Shown: positions 39,521 to 53,535, counted from the stretch's first letter. The stretch is 64,000 bases of DNA from the human T2T-CHM13v2.0 reference genome, Homo sapiens (GCF_009914755.1 NC_060944.1); one strand, 5' to 3'. The notes: generated from the letters alone by a model not told the origin. Numbers and translations: made by a program.

Positions 39521-40262
39521 AAAGAAATGCAAATCAAAACCACAATGAGATACCATCTCACACCAATTAGAATGGCGATCATTAAAAAGTCAGGAAACAA
39601 CAGGTGCTGGAGAGGATGTGGAGAAACAGGAACACTTTTACACTGTTGGTGGGACTGTAAACTAGTTCAACCATTGTGGAAGACACTGTGGTGATTCCTC
39701 AGGGATCTAGAACTAGAAATACCATTTGACCCAGCCATCCCATTATTGAGTATATACCCAAAGGATTACAAATCATGCTGCTATAAAAACACATGCACAT
39801 GTATGTTTATTGTGGCACTATTCACAATAGCAAAGACTTGGAACCAATCCAAATGTCCATCAATGATAGACTGGATTAAGAAAATGTGGCACATATACAC
39901 CATGGAATACTATGCAGCCATAAAAGAGGATGAGTTCATGTCCTTTGTAGGGACATGGATGAAGCTGGAAACCATCATTCTCGGCAAACTCTCGCAAGGA
40001 TAAAAAACCAAACACTGCATGTTCTCACTCATAGGTGGGAATTGAACAATGAAAACACTTGGACTCAGGAAGGGGAACATCACACACTGGGGCCTGTTGT
40101 GGGGTGGGGGGAAGGAAAGCATTAGGAGATACACCTAATGTAAATGACGAGTTAATGGGTGCAGCACACCAACATGGCACATGTATACATATGTAACAAA
40201 CCTGCACATTGTGCACATGTACCCTAGAACTTAAAGTATAATTAAAAAAAAAAAAAAAAAAA
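39521..40262 (+). mobile_element. 5'-truncated primate L1 (L1PA4/5-like): ORF2 C-terminus, 3' UTR and poly-A
   Basis: Encodes [33 protein letters not shown]...[14 protein letters not shown] (ORF2 Cys-rich domain) with later stops; canonical 3' UTR and A tail. Confidence 0.95.
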
Positions 40263-40500
40263 GAACTGCCCTCAACCAAACCAGGGCCACTTACCTCTAC
40301 CACAGAGCAGTGGCCAATGACTGACCAACACAAGGGTATGGTGATGACAAAGGCAAGGCAAGGAGGGACCAAATCTGGTGCAGTTTGCAGTCCGGGGTTC
40401 CTTGAGGCATCAGGCTGAAGCTGGACACCAGCCAAGGCCACATCCTTGCGGAGCTCCTATCCCTGGCTGTCTTGCCTCCTTCTCTACTTTCTCCTTAGAG

Positions 40501-40686
40501 CAGGGTTCTCAAAATGTCGTCCCTACACTAACAACATTAGTATCACCTGGGGCTCGTTAGATATGCAAATCTCAAGCCCCACTCCAGGCTTTCTGGATTG
40601 GAAACTCTGGGGATGGGGCCCAGCCATTTGTGGTTGAACAAGCTCTCCAGGTGCTTCTCATGGATGCTCGAGTTTGAGAACTGCAG
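40501..40686 (+). mobile_element. MER5A
   Basis: CAGGGTTCTCAAA...ATCACCTGGGG...ATGCAAAT...GTTTGAGAAC; TSD CCTTAGAG/CCTCAGAG. Confidence 0.85.
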
Positions 40687-40777
40687 CCTCAGAGTGCAGC
40701 CTCAATTAAACTGCATTTACATGGGCCCCCAGCTCCAGTTCTGCTTCAGGGAACCCAGTTCAAGACAGGAAAGTTCA

Positions 40778-41075
<298 letters not shown>

Positions 41076-42744
41076 AAGACAGGAAAGTTCACATTTTCCA
41101 AAGAATCTGCTCTGTCCAGCACCTCTTGAAAACGGCTTCTTTCCCACAGGGAGGCAATGCACTTGGCCTGGAAGAGCTGCTGCCCCACTTAAACAGTCAG
41201 TCACCATTGTTTTCCATTGGTTTGCACCCAGCCTATCTCAGGCATACTGCCTGGTCTATGTGGGCCATTCTAGACATATGATCTAGCTCTCTAGACTGTG
41301 AGCCTCTTGAAATCAGCACTTGCCTTTCTCATATTTGTATCCTCACAGCCTGGCACATGGCACTCATCAATGTCTACCGAGTCAAACCAAACTGCACCAA
41401 CCCTGTCTCTTGAAAGTGGCCAACACTTCTGAGACTCGAAGGCAAAATTAATGCAATTAAGAAGCCAAGAAACAATCCCTGCAACAAATTAATATAATGG
41501 CCTTATAGACATCATAGTCATGCATTGGCTATAATAGTGCAAAGATGTAATATGCAAGAGAAATTGGTTGCTGGTTCACCTGATAGCCATCCTAAGGCCT
41601 GAAGCCTGCAGATTAATAACCCTTGTAATTTTATCCCAGTCCATGTAATTGCAAGTGCCATCTTTACTTATTTAACATCTAATTCCTCAAAGTAGGTTTG
41701 CAGGCCTCTAACACTTGGTTCAAATATTCTCATTGTCTTCTTAGCTCAGAGAGACATTCTTTATTAAAGAATCAAGCTGAATGTGAAATAAACACAAAAT
41801 AAAATCTGGCTGCAAACCTTAGCTCTGGAAAAAAGAAAAAAAAACTCATTTCCAACCCAGTGCTAGCTGCTTGCAAATTACCCATGTAGAAAATTGCCCA
41901 AACTTTTCTACCCAAACTGCATTTGTTTCTGATTTTAAACTAAGTTCCGTTCCTAATTTTTCTTCCTTTCTCCAAAGCTTCTATCTTTAGAAAATATGGA
42001 GCCCAAGTTCTATAATTTGCACTTCATTTGAACACTAATGAAAAGAAATGCTCTTCCCCTTCAAACTATTTCCTCAGTCAATTAAACAAATCCTCTAAGT
42101 GGAGTGTGTGAAGTGATTTGTGTCCAAGAACTTAATTAGTACTTAATTCTGGAATTTGTATCTTCTTAAGCTCACATCCTTTTAAGTTTCCACCAAGCTC
42201 AAAAACTGGTCCAGGTGTGGTCCTTTACCATAAGATCAAGGCAGAAGCTGATTTGAAGAAGTCAGGAGGAATAAAAGACCATCTGTGTGCTCAAAAAGAC
42301 TTCCAAGCAGCCTTATGGCCACCAACTAAAGTCCCTTGCAAGTCCACAAAAGAGACAGGGTCAAAGAGGACTTGCTTACACTGCAAAATACTAGCTCTCT
42401 TATCATAAGGGGACCACACGCTCATGAAGGAAAAAATACAAAATAATATAAAGGAGAAAATGCAATCAGCTACCTAGAGATAGACTCTCTTCCTCCATGT
42501 TTTAACTGTTAAATATACAATGGATGTATTACATTGTAGATCACATTCTGTGTATGTGTACATGTTTTCCCATATTTTCAAAACTGTTTCCATACGTCTG
42601 TCTCTTATTTCAATGTGCTCCGTTATCTTGGTAAATTTGCCTTTCAGACCCTTCTGGGCTGTTACTCTAATCATGCATCCTCAAATCTTTAGGGGGAAAT
42701 GAGTGGCAAAATATAGCTTACTCTTTATGTAGAAAGCACAGGAA

Positions 42745-42845
42745 TATATATATATACACACACACACACGTGTGCTATACACACGTGTGTATATATATAC
42801 ATAGGTGTGTATATAGCACATGTGTTTTTTATATATATAAATATA
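42745..42845. repeat. Mixed (TA)/(CA)/(TG) purine-pyrimidine microsatellite
   Basis: ATATATATACACACAC...GTGTGTATATAT. Confidence 0.85.
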
Positions 42846-42925
42846 TTAGGTTGGTGCAAAAGTAATTGCTGTTTTTGCCATTACTTTCAATGGTAAAAAC
42901 CACAATTACTTTTGCACCAACCTTA
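42846..42925. mobile_element. MADE1 MITE, full 80 bp
   Basis: TTAGGTTGGTGCAAAAGTAATTGCTGTTTTTGCCATTACTTTCAATGGTAAAAACCACAATTACTTTTGCACCAACCTTA with TA TSD. Confidence 0.95.
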
Positions 42926-43050
42926 TAGATACATATTACATATTTAATTACCACTTTATTCAAAGGTGTCTCCTTGGAAATCCTGGCTACCCTCTAGGTT
43001 ACAATTGTTTGGCTGGTGGGAAGGGAGAGATACATGATCCAAGCAGAGCC

Positions 43051-43353
<303 letters not shown>

Positions 43354-44538
43354 TAGTATCTCTGTGGTATTAAATAAATGTTATGGGCCGAGTGGCAATT
43401 AGGAGGAAAAAATGTCTAAAAGACTTCTTAAGGGGGATGTAATGAAAAAAGGTTGAAAAACTGTGCAGTAGATGACTATAATATAATTGACTTAACCAAT
43501 TCTTTTAATAAAATCTGCCGACACACACTTATTACTTGATGTCAGACTTAAAAGCAAAAACAAAATTTTATAACGTCTATTAATGATCATACGTTCTTTT
43601 TCAGTGTAAAAAGATCAGTTTCCCTAATGTCTGGATCTCCAACAATCTCAGCATTCCATTTCATTAAAATGAAACTGATCTACTTGTTGGCAATCTGTAC
43701 TGGGCTCCCAAGCTTCCATATGTCCATCATTTAATTCGACTCTGCAGGATGGAAAGTAACATTGAATAAGTCCTCATGTAATCCTTGGCACACACCATGA
43801 AGTTTGCTCGTGCATTTATTCAAACATTTATTTAGGTTCTGAGAAGTTATGTGACTTGCTCAGAGTCACACATTTATTCAGTGGCAGAGCCTAAATTTGG
43901 TCCTAATGTCAGTCTGCTTTCCACACTCCCACAGAACCTTAATGAAGTCACTCTTGGAACTTTCTAGTACTTAGTTTCTCTATCTGTAAAAAGAGAGAGT
44001 TGAACTAGATTTCTAATTGGGTCTTGCCATTTCAAGAGTTCATTTAATCGAGTAGCTAGATGTTTAGGTTCATGGGTCAAACACCACAATGTTAAGACCA
44101 CTAGAAAATGGAAGGATATCGATCTTCCTTTTACTCCTCCAACATTTTGGAAGAAATATATCCGCACTCTTGAGATTCTGCCCACAGAGCCAAAGCTTTC
44201 CAGAAAGAATGTGCTGATGTGCTTACTTCAACTGCGAAAGCACACATCTCATTCTGCCCCTTCCCAGAGCTTTTGCATAGGCTCATTCCCCGGACAGAGC
44301 CTCTGGGGAGATCTCTGCATGGATGCAGAACATAAACATCCAGCCCTTCATGAACAGTGTTTTGTTTTTCTCCAGGCCATCGTCCTGCTTTCCGGCACTA
44401 AACAGCAGAGATGTATCTGCATCAAAAGACTACTGTCTAATTAAAAGAAAGTTTTAAGAACTATGAGTCCTGGTGGGATTTCTCACGAAAGTGTTGAGCA
44501 TCCCCAAGCTGAAAGAACACACTGAGTTTAGAAGGTAG

Positions 44539-44790
44539 CGTTGCATGGCAGCGTTTCAAGTGCATATGGCCTGTTTTATCTTTCTCCATCTACCTGGCAC
44601 GGTGAAGAGTCCTCTCCTGCGGAGATGCACACCCAGCCGTCGAGAGCTCCGCAGAGCGCTGGAATGAGGCATGCGCTGGCACGCGCTGGATGGCAGTTGC
44701 TTTTCTTCTACTGTGATTCATTATGCAGCCAGGCTATGCTCTAATAAGCACTCGTCAGGTTCCATCCCACAGGTTGTTGTTGCATCTCGA
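44539..44790. promoter_or_regulatory. CpG-retaining unique element, candidate enhancer or alternative promoter
   Basis: 13 CpGs in about 250 bp of non-repeat DNA; RFX-like GTTGCATGGCAGC, NRF1-like GGCATGCGC, POU-like ATTCATTATGCA. Confidence 0.45.
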
Positions 44791-45494
44791 GGATGGAGCT
44801 GGGATTCCTGCACATATGGGCCCCAGCAGCATCCCAAGTGAAATGTGTTACCCAACTAGACATCATTCTCATTTAACATGAACTCTTCCATTTAAAGGTA
44901 AAAGCAGAATAAATCTTCCCTGACTTTGGTTAGGCAACTTAGACCATTCCCCTGACTAACCTACAGCTATGTTGTGGGCTAAATCTGCATGGACCGATGG
45001 AAGAACTAACAGCAAATAAAATCTGAAATGGAGAGCATGTCTTAGAATTTGGAATAAAAATAAATGTGAAGAAACTAAACTGCTAACAGAACAGGTGTGC
45101 ACACAGTTAGAATTTCTAAAGCTTTTGCATAAAGTAGTAGTGAGAGCTGTATGCTCCCTTTCAAAGCAGGAAATGTGAGTTCCCAGGTTTCAAAGGGTCG
45201 AAACCTCTTTTTTGCTTGCCAAAACTCCAGAATTCTATGCCTTACAGAGTTAAAGAACCCCTGGTCAGAGGCTTAATTTTATCAAATTTTTCTAAACATG
45301 CATGTCTGTCAAGAATCTTAAATCTCCTACTTAAAAATCATTCCCACTACTATAATTAGAAGAAGATAATAATTATTGGTTTGGGATTTTTTTAAACATA
45401 ATAGTGACCACAGTATAACTAAATTGTTTCCCCTGTTGGGTGGGCAGATAGTGCCTTTTCCTTCTGTGCGTGTCTTTTCTTCTCATTTTTCCAG

Positions 45495-45590
45495 CAAAAT
45501 CTCTACCTTCCCAGTTTCTCATGATTCCTAGTGTCCACTGCTAAGACTCCTGGAGTCTAACACTAAATTCTGTGATTCATCTGGAACACG
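45495..45590 (+). other. Candidate non-coding exon (96 nt)
   Basis: Long pyrimidine tract plus CCAG acceptor; ACG|GTAAGT donor; stops in all three frames. Confidence 0.35.
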
Positions 45591-48500
45591 GTAAGTCGCC
45601 TTAATTATGTACAACATGAAACTAAAATAAAATACTACCATGCAATATATTTAATAGGATTTGATCTTCTCTTCCTTTATTTTTAATGCAAGCCAAATGA
45701 AACCAAAAAAAAAAATACTTCAGGAAAAGAAGAAGCCTAATGAGCCTGCTTTTTACTTTGATGTGGTCTTCAACTGACCTTTTACTGTAGATATGTGGTC
45801 CTTAATTGGAGGAGAGAAAAAATATTCCCAAGAGCCTTCTCAGTTCCCCAAAAAAGATTCCAAGCAACATGTTCTCAACTCCGGAACTCAGAGGCCACCT
45901 ACTAGTTGGAGCAAAGAGGAAGCAAAAGTCCATACCACCCATTACCCCCACCTCTACCCACTGTCCTCTGGTCCTTATCCCATGATGGTGCTGCTGCCCA
46001 CAGGGTCACCCAAGGTAAAGGCTTTCAGGAGAGCTTTGATTCCTCTCTTTCCCTTACCTCCTACAACCAAAGGTCCCTGGGTCTCTATTAAAGCATTTCT
46101 AAACACCATTCTTTCCTCTCCCTTTCCCTCCCCTCCTCAAGTCATACCCTTCTCTCAGGTCTTCTGTGCATCTCAGCTGGATTTCCAACCAGCTCCCAAT
46201 GGGACTTCTTGTCCTGCCTCCCAAGTGTCTCCAGAGTGCTGGTTCTAAACTACAAATGGGATCACACCAGTTCCTGCTCAGAAAACATGAATTGGTCCTC
46301 ATTGCCAAAGAAGGTTCAGAATATCAAGCATGGCTAAAAGGACCAATGTGATCTGGCCCCAGCCCACTTTTTAATTTCACCTCCACTCAATTAATGGTAG
46401 CATTCAGTGGAATTTGATGAATAAACAGATTTGGGTCAAGAAAAAAAGAGTGTAAGATTGTGGCAATCATGACACCCAACACTACAAACTGCATAATCTC
46501 CTAAGGGTTGTGCCAAGGGCTTCATGTGCATTATCTCAATCTTCTCAACAAGGCAGGTCTTATTAGGTCCCCCACTTGTCAATCTGAAAACAGGCTGCAC
46601 AGCTCATGAAGTGACAAAGGATGAAGCTGAATCCAAGTGGAAATGGCAATGTCCACATCCTTATGTATATACCACACTGCATTCCACACACTGTCAACAT
46701 AGGGAGCCTGGGTGACCTGGAGTATAGCGGTGTGGATCAAAATTTTGTTGCAAATACCCACCAGGTACTGATCATGATACTCACTTCAGCCAAAGCCCCT
46801 AAAATGTGCAAAAGAGAGCCCCTTATTGAAGCTAAGAGCTCAGCTTTCAGAGGGTTCAGAAGACATCAGGAGTTCTGAGTTCCAGAGAGAGTAGAAAAAG
46901 CCAGGCACATCCCATGCTCATAATCTAAAAACACACCGGCTTCAGTTACCTTTCCCAATCATCCCTGGGTATATGCAGAGGGAAAAAGGATACTGAAGGA
47001 TCCCAACTCCCAGTAACCCCTTTTGTGGAGTCCACTGCTCATCAAGCACCATTCTAATCCCTGCTGGCTTGTGGTGTGGAACAATCTATGAAAATGAGAA
47101 TTTACAAAGCAGTAGACCTCAGGACCTTTGCTCATGCTGTTCTCTTTTTCTAGACCAACCCTAACTGTCCACAACCCTCACTATTTGTCCTAATTAATGA
47201 CTATACCATCCTTCTATATCAAGTGGGAACATCATTTCTTCAGGGACACCCTCCCTGAGTATATCAGATACACCATTAGATGCTCCCAGCATGTTCTTCA
47301 TCACAGCACCCAATGCCATTATAATTTTTACCTTTGCTTTTGTAGTTACTTAATGTATCTCTCTCCATCTCGGTTACAAGCTTCATCATAGCAGAAACTG
47401 TGTCTATTGCTCAGTACAGTTCCTGGCACAGAGTAAATGACCAATCAGTCCTTGAACAAATGAATGAACAAGCAATAATTTTAGCCTTCTTAACAGTTAG
47501 ATTTGTCATTATAAATTAGTAAGTTCAGCATCTGGTTTTGGCACCAGTGTCTTGTGAACTTGGTCAGGGAAGCAGTCTCCTTGAAGCTGACCACTCAGCC
47601 AGCCCTGAATGAATGAGTCTGGCACCTGTGAAGATAAGGAATAGATATCTCTGAATAGATATTGGTGACCGAACACAGCCCAGCTTGGGCATCCAGGTGA
47701 TTTTTTTTCTCTAATATTTCTCTCTCATCCCTTGCACCCAGAAAACTGTGTCCAGGAGTGGTCACTGCATTACTTATAGACATTACTAGGCACATAAATT
47801 TTGGTTTGATAGCTCCTGTTTCACGCACACTCACTCTCTAAAATGAAACAACAAATGCAAGGTGGCACGGAGGGCTGGGAAACAACAAATGCCATAGGGA
47901 AAGCAACAAAAATCTAACTCAAACAAACGCTTTCCACTTAGAGATGATAAATACAACATGCCATGGCAGCATACACTGTCAGCAGGCTGCCCCTTTAAAA
48001 ATGTAACCATCAATCTGTTGTTAAGCCCACAACCAGTTGCAATATTAATCATACTTTTCTGGCAAAAGAATCCATTTCCCAATAAAGTTTGAGTGGCAGA
48101 GAAAAGGCAGAGCCAACAATCAGGAAATAAACTCTGCTTCCAAATGATCTAAGGAAGCTGCTCTTCTTGCCGGCTGCTCTCTCACCATCCTGCTGCTAGC
48201 ACCAGACACACATAAATACACATGCCACTCTGCTTCCCCCACATCATATTTCCATCATTGCAGAGTGCTCTACAGTTCTGTTCTAGACCCATTTTTCACT
48301 TTGTGCCATTTTTGTATACTTTGAACCCAGATATTCCCTGGAAATTAAGAGTCACTTTTTAAGCACGACCACCACCTCTATTTAGTTGCTCACTCATAAC
48401 CTTTCTTTCCTTTTTCTTTTTTCTCTCTCCCTTTCTCTCTCTCTCTCTCCCTCCCCCCCCCCAGCCCCCTCTCTCCCTCTCTATTTCTCTCTCCCCCCTG

Positions 48501-48629
48501 TCCTCTACCATTAACCTGGAACCAATTATGATAAGCACCATTTCTGTTCTTCTGCCTCACCTTCAGTCAACTCTCAGGATGCTACACCCACGTTGCAGGC
48601 TGTAGGAAAAATTCCCACTTTGATCCATT

Positions 48630-51600
48630 GTTATTTTTTCTTTAAGTAGTTACTCATGAATATTTTCCTTCAATACAAATGTTAGGATGTCTTCAACCAA
48701 ATCCCTCTGGAAATGCTGTGATATTATTGCACCTATGTTAAATATATAGGCTAATTTGTAATGAATACCATATCTACAACACTAAGTCTTCCTTCCTATC
48801 CATAAACATGGTATATCTCTCTGCCTTCTTTCATACCCTTTAGAGTTTCTCCAGGCAAACTGCATACAATTTTGGTTAGGTTAAATCCTAGATGTATTAC
48901 AGTGGTTGCTATTGTGAATAAACATCTTCTATTATATATTCTTAATTTATTATTGTGGTACAAAAGAAAGTTATTAATTTTCATATGTTTATATTATCCA
49001 ACAAATTTGTTGAACCCTCTACTGCTAAGGGTTGGTCGGTTAATTATTTTTTTCTCTAAGTAAATGATGTTATACGCAAATAAACCATTTTTCTTTTCCC
49101 TTCCAATCCTTTTAACTTTCTATCTGCTTTAATGCATTAGCCAGAAGCTTTAGTTTAGAGTAGTAGCAATCATCATGTGTATTCCTATTTCTTTCTAACC
49201 TTAAAAGAAAATGCTTCTAAAATTTATTAACTAACCATAATGTTTGCAGTAGGCTTTCGGAGAAAAGCCTTTATTAGATTGAGAACATTTCCTTCCATAA
49301 TAGATTATATTATTGTTCTCAATTATTTGCTGCCTCTCTCTACCAGGCCTACCTCCATGGGGCCCCTCACATTGGGCAAAGTATGGAGCCACTACACTGA
49401 CATCAGACTTGGCCATGTGACTTGCTTTGACCAATGAACTATGAAAGGAGGTGACATATGTCAAGTCCAAGCTGACACTTGGAGCCATTACATGGTGCTT
49501 CTATTGATTTTTCCTGTCTGCTACTGTACCACCACATCCCAGGCAGGGGCTGCTCCTCCAGCCTGGCTCCTGCAGTGACGACTACAGAGAGCAGAAACAC
49601 AGCCAACCTACAACCAACATGCAACATGTACAGGAAATCAACCTTTGTTATCATAAGCCACTGACATTTTGGAGTTACTGCTACAGCATAATGTAGCAAA
49701 AGCTGACTGATATACAACCTATTTTTATTTTTCTCTGGGCTTTTGTCATAATAGCTGCCTTTACTACACCCATTGAGATCACTGTATGGTTATTCTCCTT
49801 TTGTCTGTTAATGTAATGATTTCAGAGGTTAAATTTGTAGCAGACATTAGCTGTCCATCAAAAATACTAGTGCTCTTCCTCCCACAGTGTGGTATTTTCA
49901 CTGGGAAATGGCTGCCCAGCCTGTAGCTACACTCTCCAGCTCTTCTTGCATGTAGAGGTGGCCATGCAACTAGTTACCACCAACAGGGCATGAGCAGAAG
50001 TGACATGTCACATGCAGGTCCAGAGCTCTTACAAAGCAGTTAGAGATTCTCACATTCTTTATTTTTCTGCTGGCTGGAAATGCAGGACATGGGGCCTTAG
50101 TGAGAAGTCGAACCACAAGATGGAGGGAGCCTGGGTCCTTCAGTCATCACATGGATCACCTGCCAACCACGGCACCATTCCATGAGCAAGAAATAAACCT
50201 GTTGTATACAGGTGCTTATTTGTTAGAGCAACCAGTGTTACCCTAATACACCATCCTTGCACTTCAGGGATAAATCCAGTGATATATGATTTTTTAATAC
50301 GATGTTAGATTTAGAATGTTATCATTTTATTTAACTTTTAGCTGAAGCTGGCTTGTCATTTGTCTTCTTTGGTACTATCCTCATTCAGTTTTGATACTGA
50401 GGATATAAATTTGGTATTACACTTCAGAAAATAACAAGAGCAGCTTTCTCCTTTTTATAAATCTCTGGAGCAACTTGAACCAGGCAGGGATTATCTACTT
50501 ATATAAAACTGCATGGCCCTAATGATTTTGGGAGGAGGAGAAAGTTTTTGCCATCATTTCCATTTCTTCAGCAGTGATTGTTCTAGTCAAGTTTTCCATT
50601 TATCAATTGGCCAACATTGGAATTTCATATTTTTTCTACAAATCTATTCATTTCATAAGAGTTTTCACATTTCACATTTCACAGCTATACATTTGTTTAT
50701 ATACAGTTGCTGAACCAAATCTCTTATGATATCTAAATTGCTTCTATAGCTATGATTATTTCATATGCACCTTCTCTCTTTTTATTCCTTGATCAGTCTC
50801 TCTAGAGGCAAATCCATCTTCCTAATTTTTTCAAAGAACATTTGGTTATTCTAATCATTATTATTTTTCCATCCCCCTTTTATTGATTTTTACTCTACCT
50901 TATTATTTTAATCCTTCATTGACTCAGAGAATATGGTCTGAATGATATCAGTTCTTAGTCCAAGACTGACTTTCTGACCTAGAATATAATCCATTTTTGT
51001 GAAAATACCATGTGTGCCCCAAAATAACATGCATTTAGTGTTTTCTGAGTGTGGGATTGTTAATTGTGTTTTTCAAATCCTTCTTTGTCTTTTTTCCCAG
51101 TTTGTTCTGTTTCCAAGAAAATTATATTCAAATCTCCATCTACAATGGAGATTATCTATTTACCACTATAATTCCTCCAATTATTACTTTATATAGTTTG
51201 AGGCTATGTTGTTGGTTATGTTTTTGTCATCACTATTATATCTTCCTGGAATATTGTGGTATTGTGGCATTCCCAGAAAAAACCATTTTTCATCTTTTTT
51301 GATGTTCACCTTAAATTCTACTTCATCTGGTATTGAAACTGCTAGCCTGGTGTTATTGTGGTTATTTTCCTAGAATGCCATTTTATCCCTTTATTTTCAA
51401 CCTGTGTCTTTGTTTATGTGACTGTCTTAAAATCACATATTGCCTGATCTTTTCTGTAACGTAATCTAAGAGTACGTGCATCTTAATCAGTGAGATTAAC
51501 CATTTATTCTGTAACCACTGATACTGCAGGTTTGATTTCCTCACCCTATTTTGTGTTTTCTATTTACTATGCTTTTTTTATTTTCTGATCTCTCACTGAA

Positions 51601-51720
51601 TATATTATTTTCTTAGTTTTAGCTTAACAAAGTATATTTTTATGATTTCCATGGTTGCCCTTAGCTTAAGTAAGGCCTATATTTATATTTGTTTATTCCT
51701 TTAATATCTAAAGACTATTC
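48630..51720 (-). mobile_element. Ancient L1M ORF2 remnants with two nested MLT1 LTRs (about 49295-49715 and 49837-50250, +)
   Basis: T-rich antisense L1 motifs (TTTTTTCAAAGAAC, CTTCAGGGATAAATCC); LTR motifs GGCCATGTGACTTGCTTTGACCAATGAA and GAGCAAGAAATAAAC. Confidence 0.65.
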
Positions 51721-51961
51721 ATGACTATATCCTCCCCACAGCAAGACACAACCCTTGGACTGCTTTCCTCTACCTGTGATCTTTCACACACACTCACACA
51801 CACAAACTTCATTTCTCATGTTAGCATTGTCTGGAAATTTAGTTCCAGGTTGGTTATGGGTCACTCCCTCCCCCTGTTTTTTCAGACATCTCCAGAACCC
51901 TGAGCAGAGGAAGAGACCAGGAGACCATGCTTTGTTTACCACATTGATTCAAACCAGAATT

Positions 51962-52455
51962 TAAAACCAGCCCAATTGTGCCATGAAACTAATGCTTATG
52001 GGTTTTTTTGAATAAACATAGAAATTGACCCCCCCAAGTCTTGAAATTAACAAAGTTGCAGTTGTCTTATCTGAGTTCCTCTCTCAGGAAACAACTATCA
52101 GGCCTCCCAGATAGTATCAAAGAGCTGAAACTCATCAGATAACACCTGGACAATGAGATGCCAGACCCCTCACTCATCATGATGGCCTAACCGACCACCT
52201 GCTTCCTGCTGACCCACTCTTCTTCTTCACCCTTCCCTAATTCGTATTTTTCCCCATATAGTCAGATTTCTTTCCTGCTATATAAACCCCTAATTTTAGT
52301 CGGTCAGGGAGATGGATTTGAGACTGATCTCCCATCTTCTCAGCTGCAGCGCCCGAATAAAGCCCTCTTCCCTGGCAATACTCATTGTATCACTGGTGGG
52401 CTGTCTGTGCAGCGAACAGCAGGACCTAGACTGAACCCCTGGTGTTTCAGTAACA
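51962..52455 (+). mobile_element. MER39B-like ERV1 solo LTR
   Basis: AAACCAGCCCAATTGT...GGTGTTTCAGTAACA; 4-bp TSD AATT; TATATAAA at 52279-52286, AATAAA at 52356-52361. Confidence 0.85.
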
Positions 52456-52562
52456 AATTATCCTTCTCATTTCTTATTATTTTTTGTTTATTGCTCATTG
52501 TGAGTTATTTAGAATACTGATTCTATGAATGCTATTATTTTGAATGCTTTTTTGAGGTATAA

Positions 52563-52929
<367 letters not shown>

Positions 52930-53535
52930 TTAAATGTATAATTTAATGATTATTATTTACGGAGTTGTACAACAATCACACCATCACCACAATACAGTTT
53001 TTAGAATATCTCCATCACTCCAAAAAGATCCTTCATGCCTGTTCACAGTCATCCCTGTTCACAGCCATCCCTGTTCCCACCCCTACCCCAGGCAATCAGT
53101 AATCTACCTTCTGTTTCTATGGATTCACCTTTTCTGGAAATGACCTATACATGGAAATATCCAAGATGTGGTCTTTTCTGACTTGTTTCACTTAGCATGA
53201 TGTTTCTGAGGTTCATACATGTGGCTGCATGTGTCACCATCCATTTCATTTCCTTGCTGAATCGTATTGCATTGGATGGATGTGCCATGTTTTGCTTATC
53301 CATTTGCCAGCTGATGGATATTTGGACTGTTTCCACTGTTGTGTACCTGTGTCTTCCTGTGGACGTAGGTTTTCATTACTCTTGGGTAGATGCCTAGGAG
53401 TAAAACTGTTGAGTAATATGGTAAATTTATATTTAACTCTTCTAAGTGACTGCCGAACTGTTTTTCCAAAGTGGCCATGCCATTGTACATCCTCACCAGC
53501 CCTGTGTGAGGGTTCCACTTTCTCCACATCTTTGC

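Noticed and set aside
39341-40003. ORFs with real protein similarity (L1 ORF2 C-terminus)
   Set aside because: 5'-truncated L1PA with in-frame stops; not a gene
42474-42674. Protein-like minus-strand ORF ending at a GT donor
   Set aside because: Its 3' part resembles a degenerate L1ME 3' UTR, and the upstream acceptor leads to early stops
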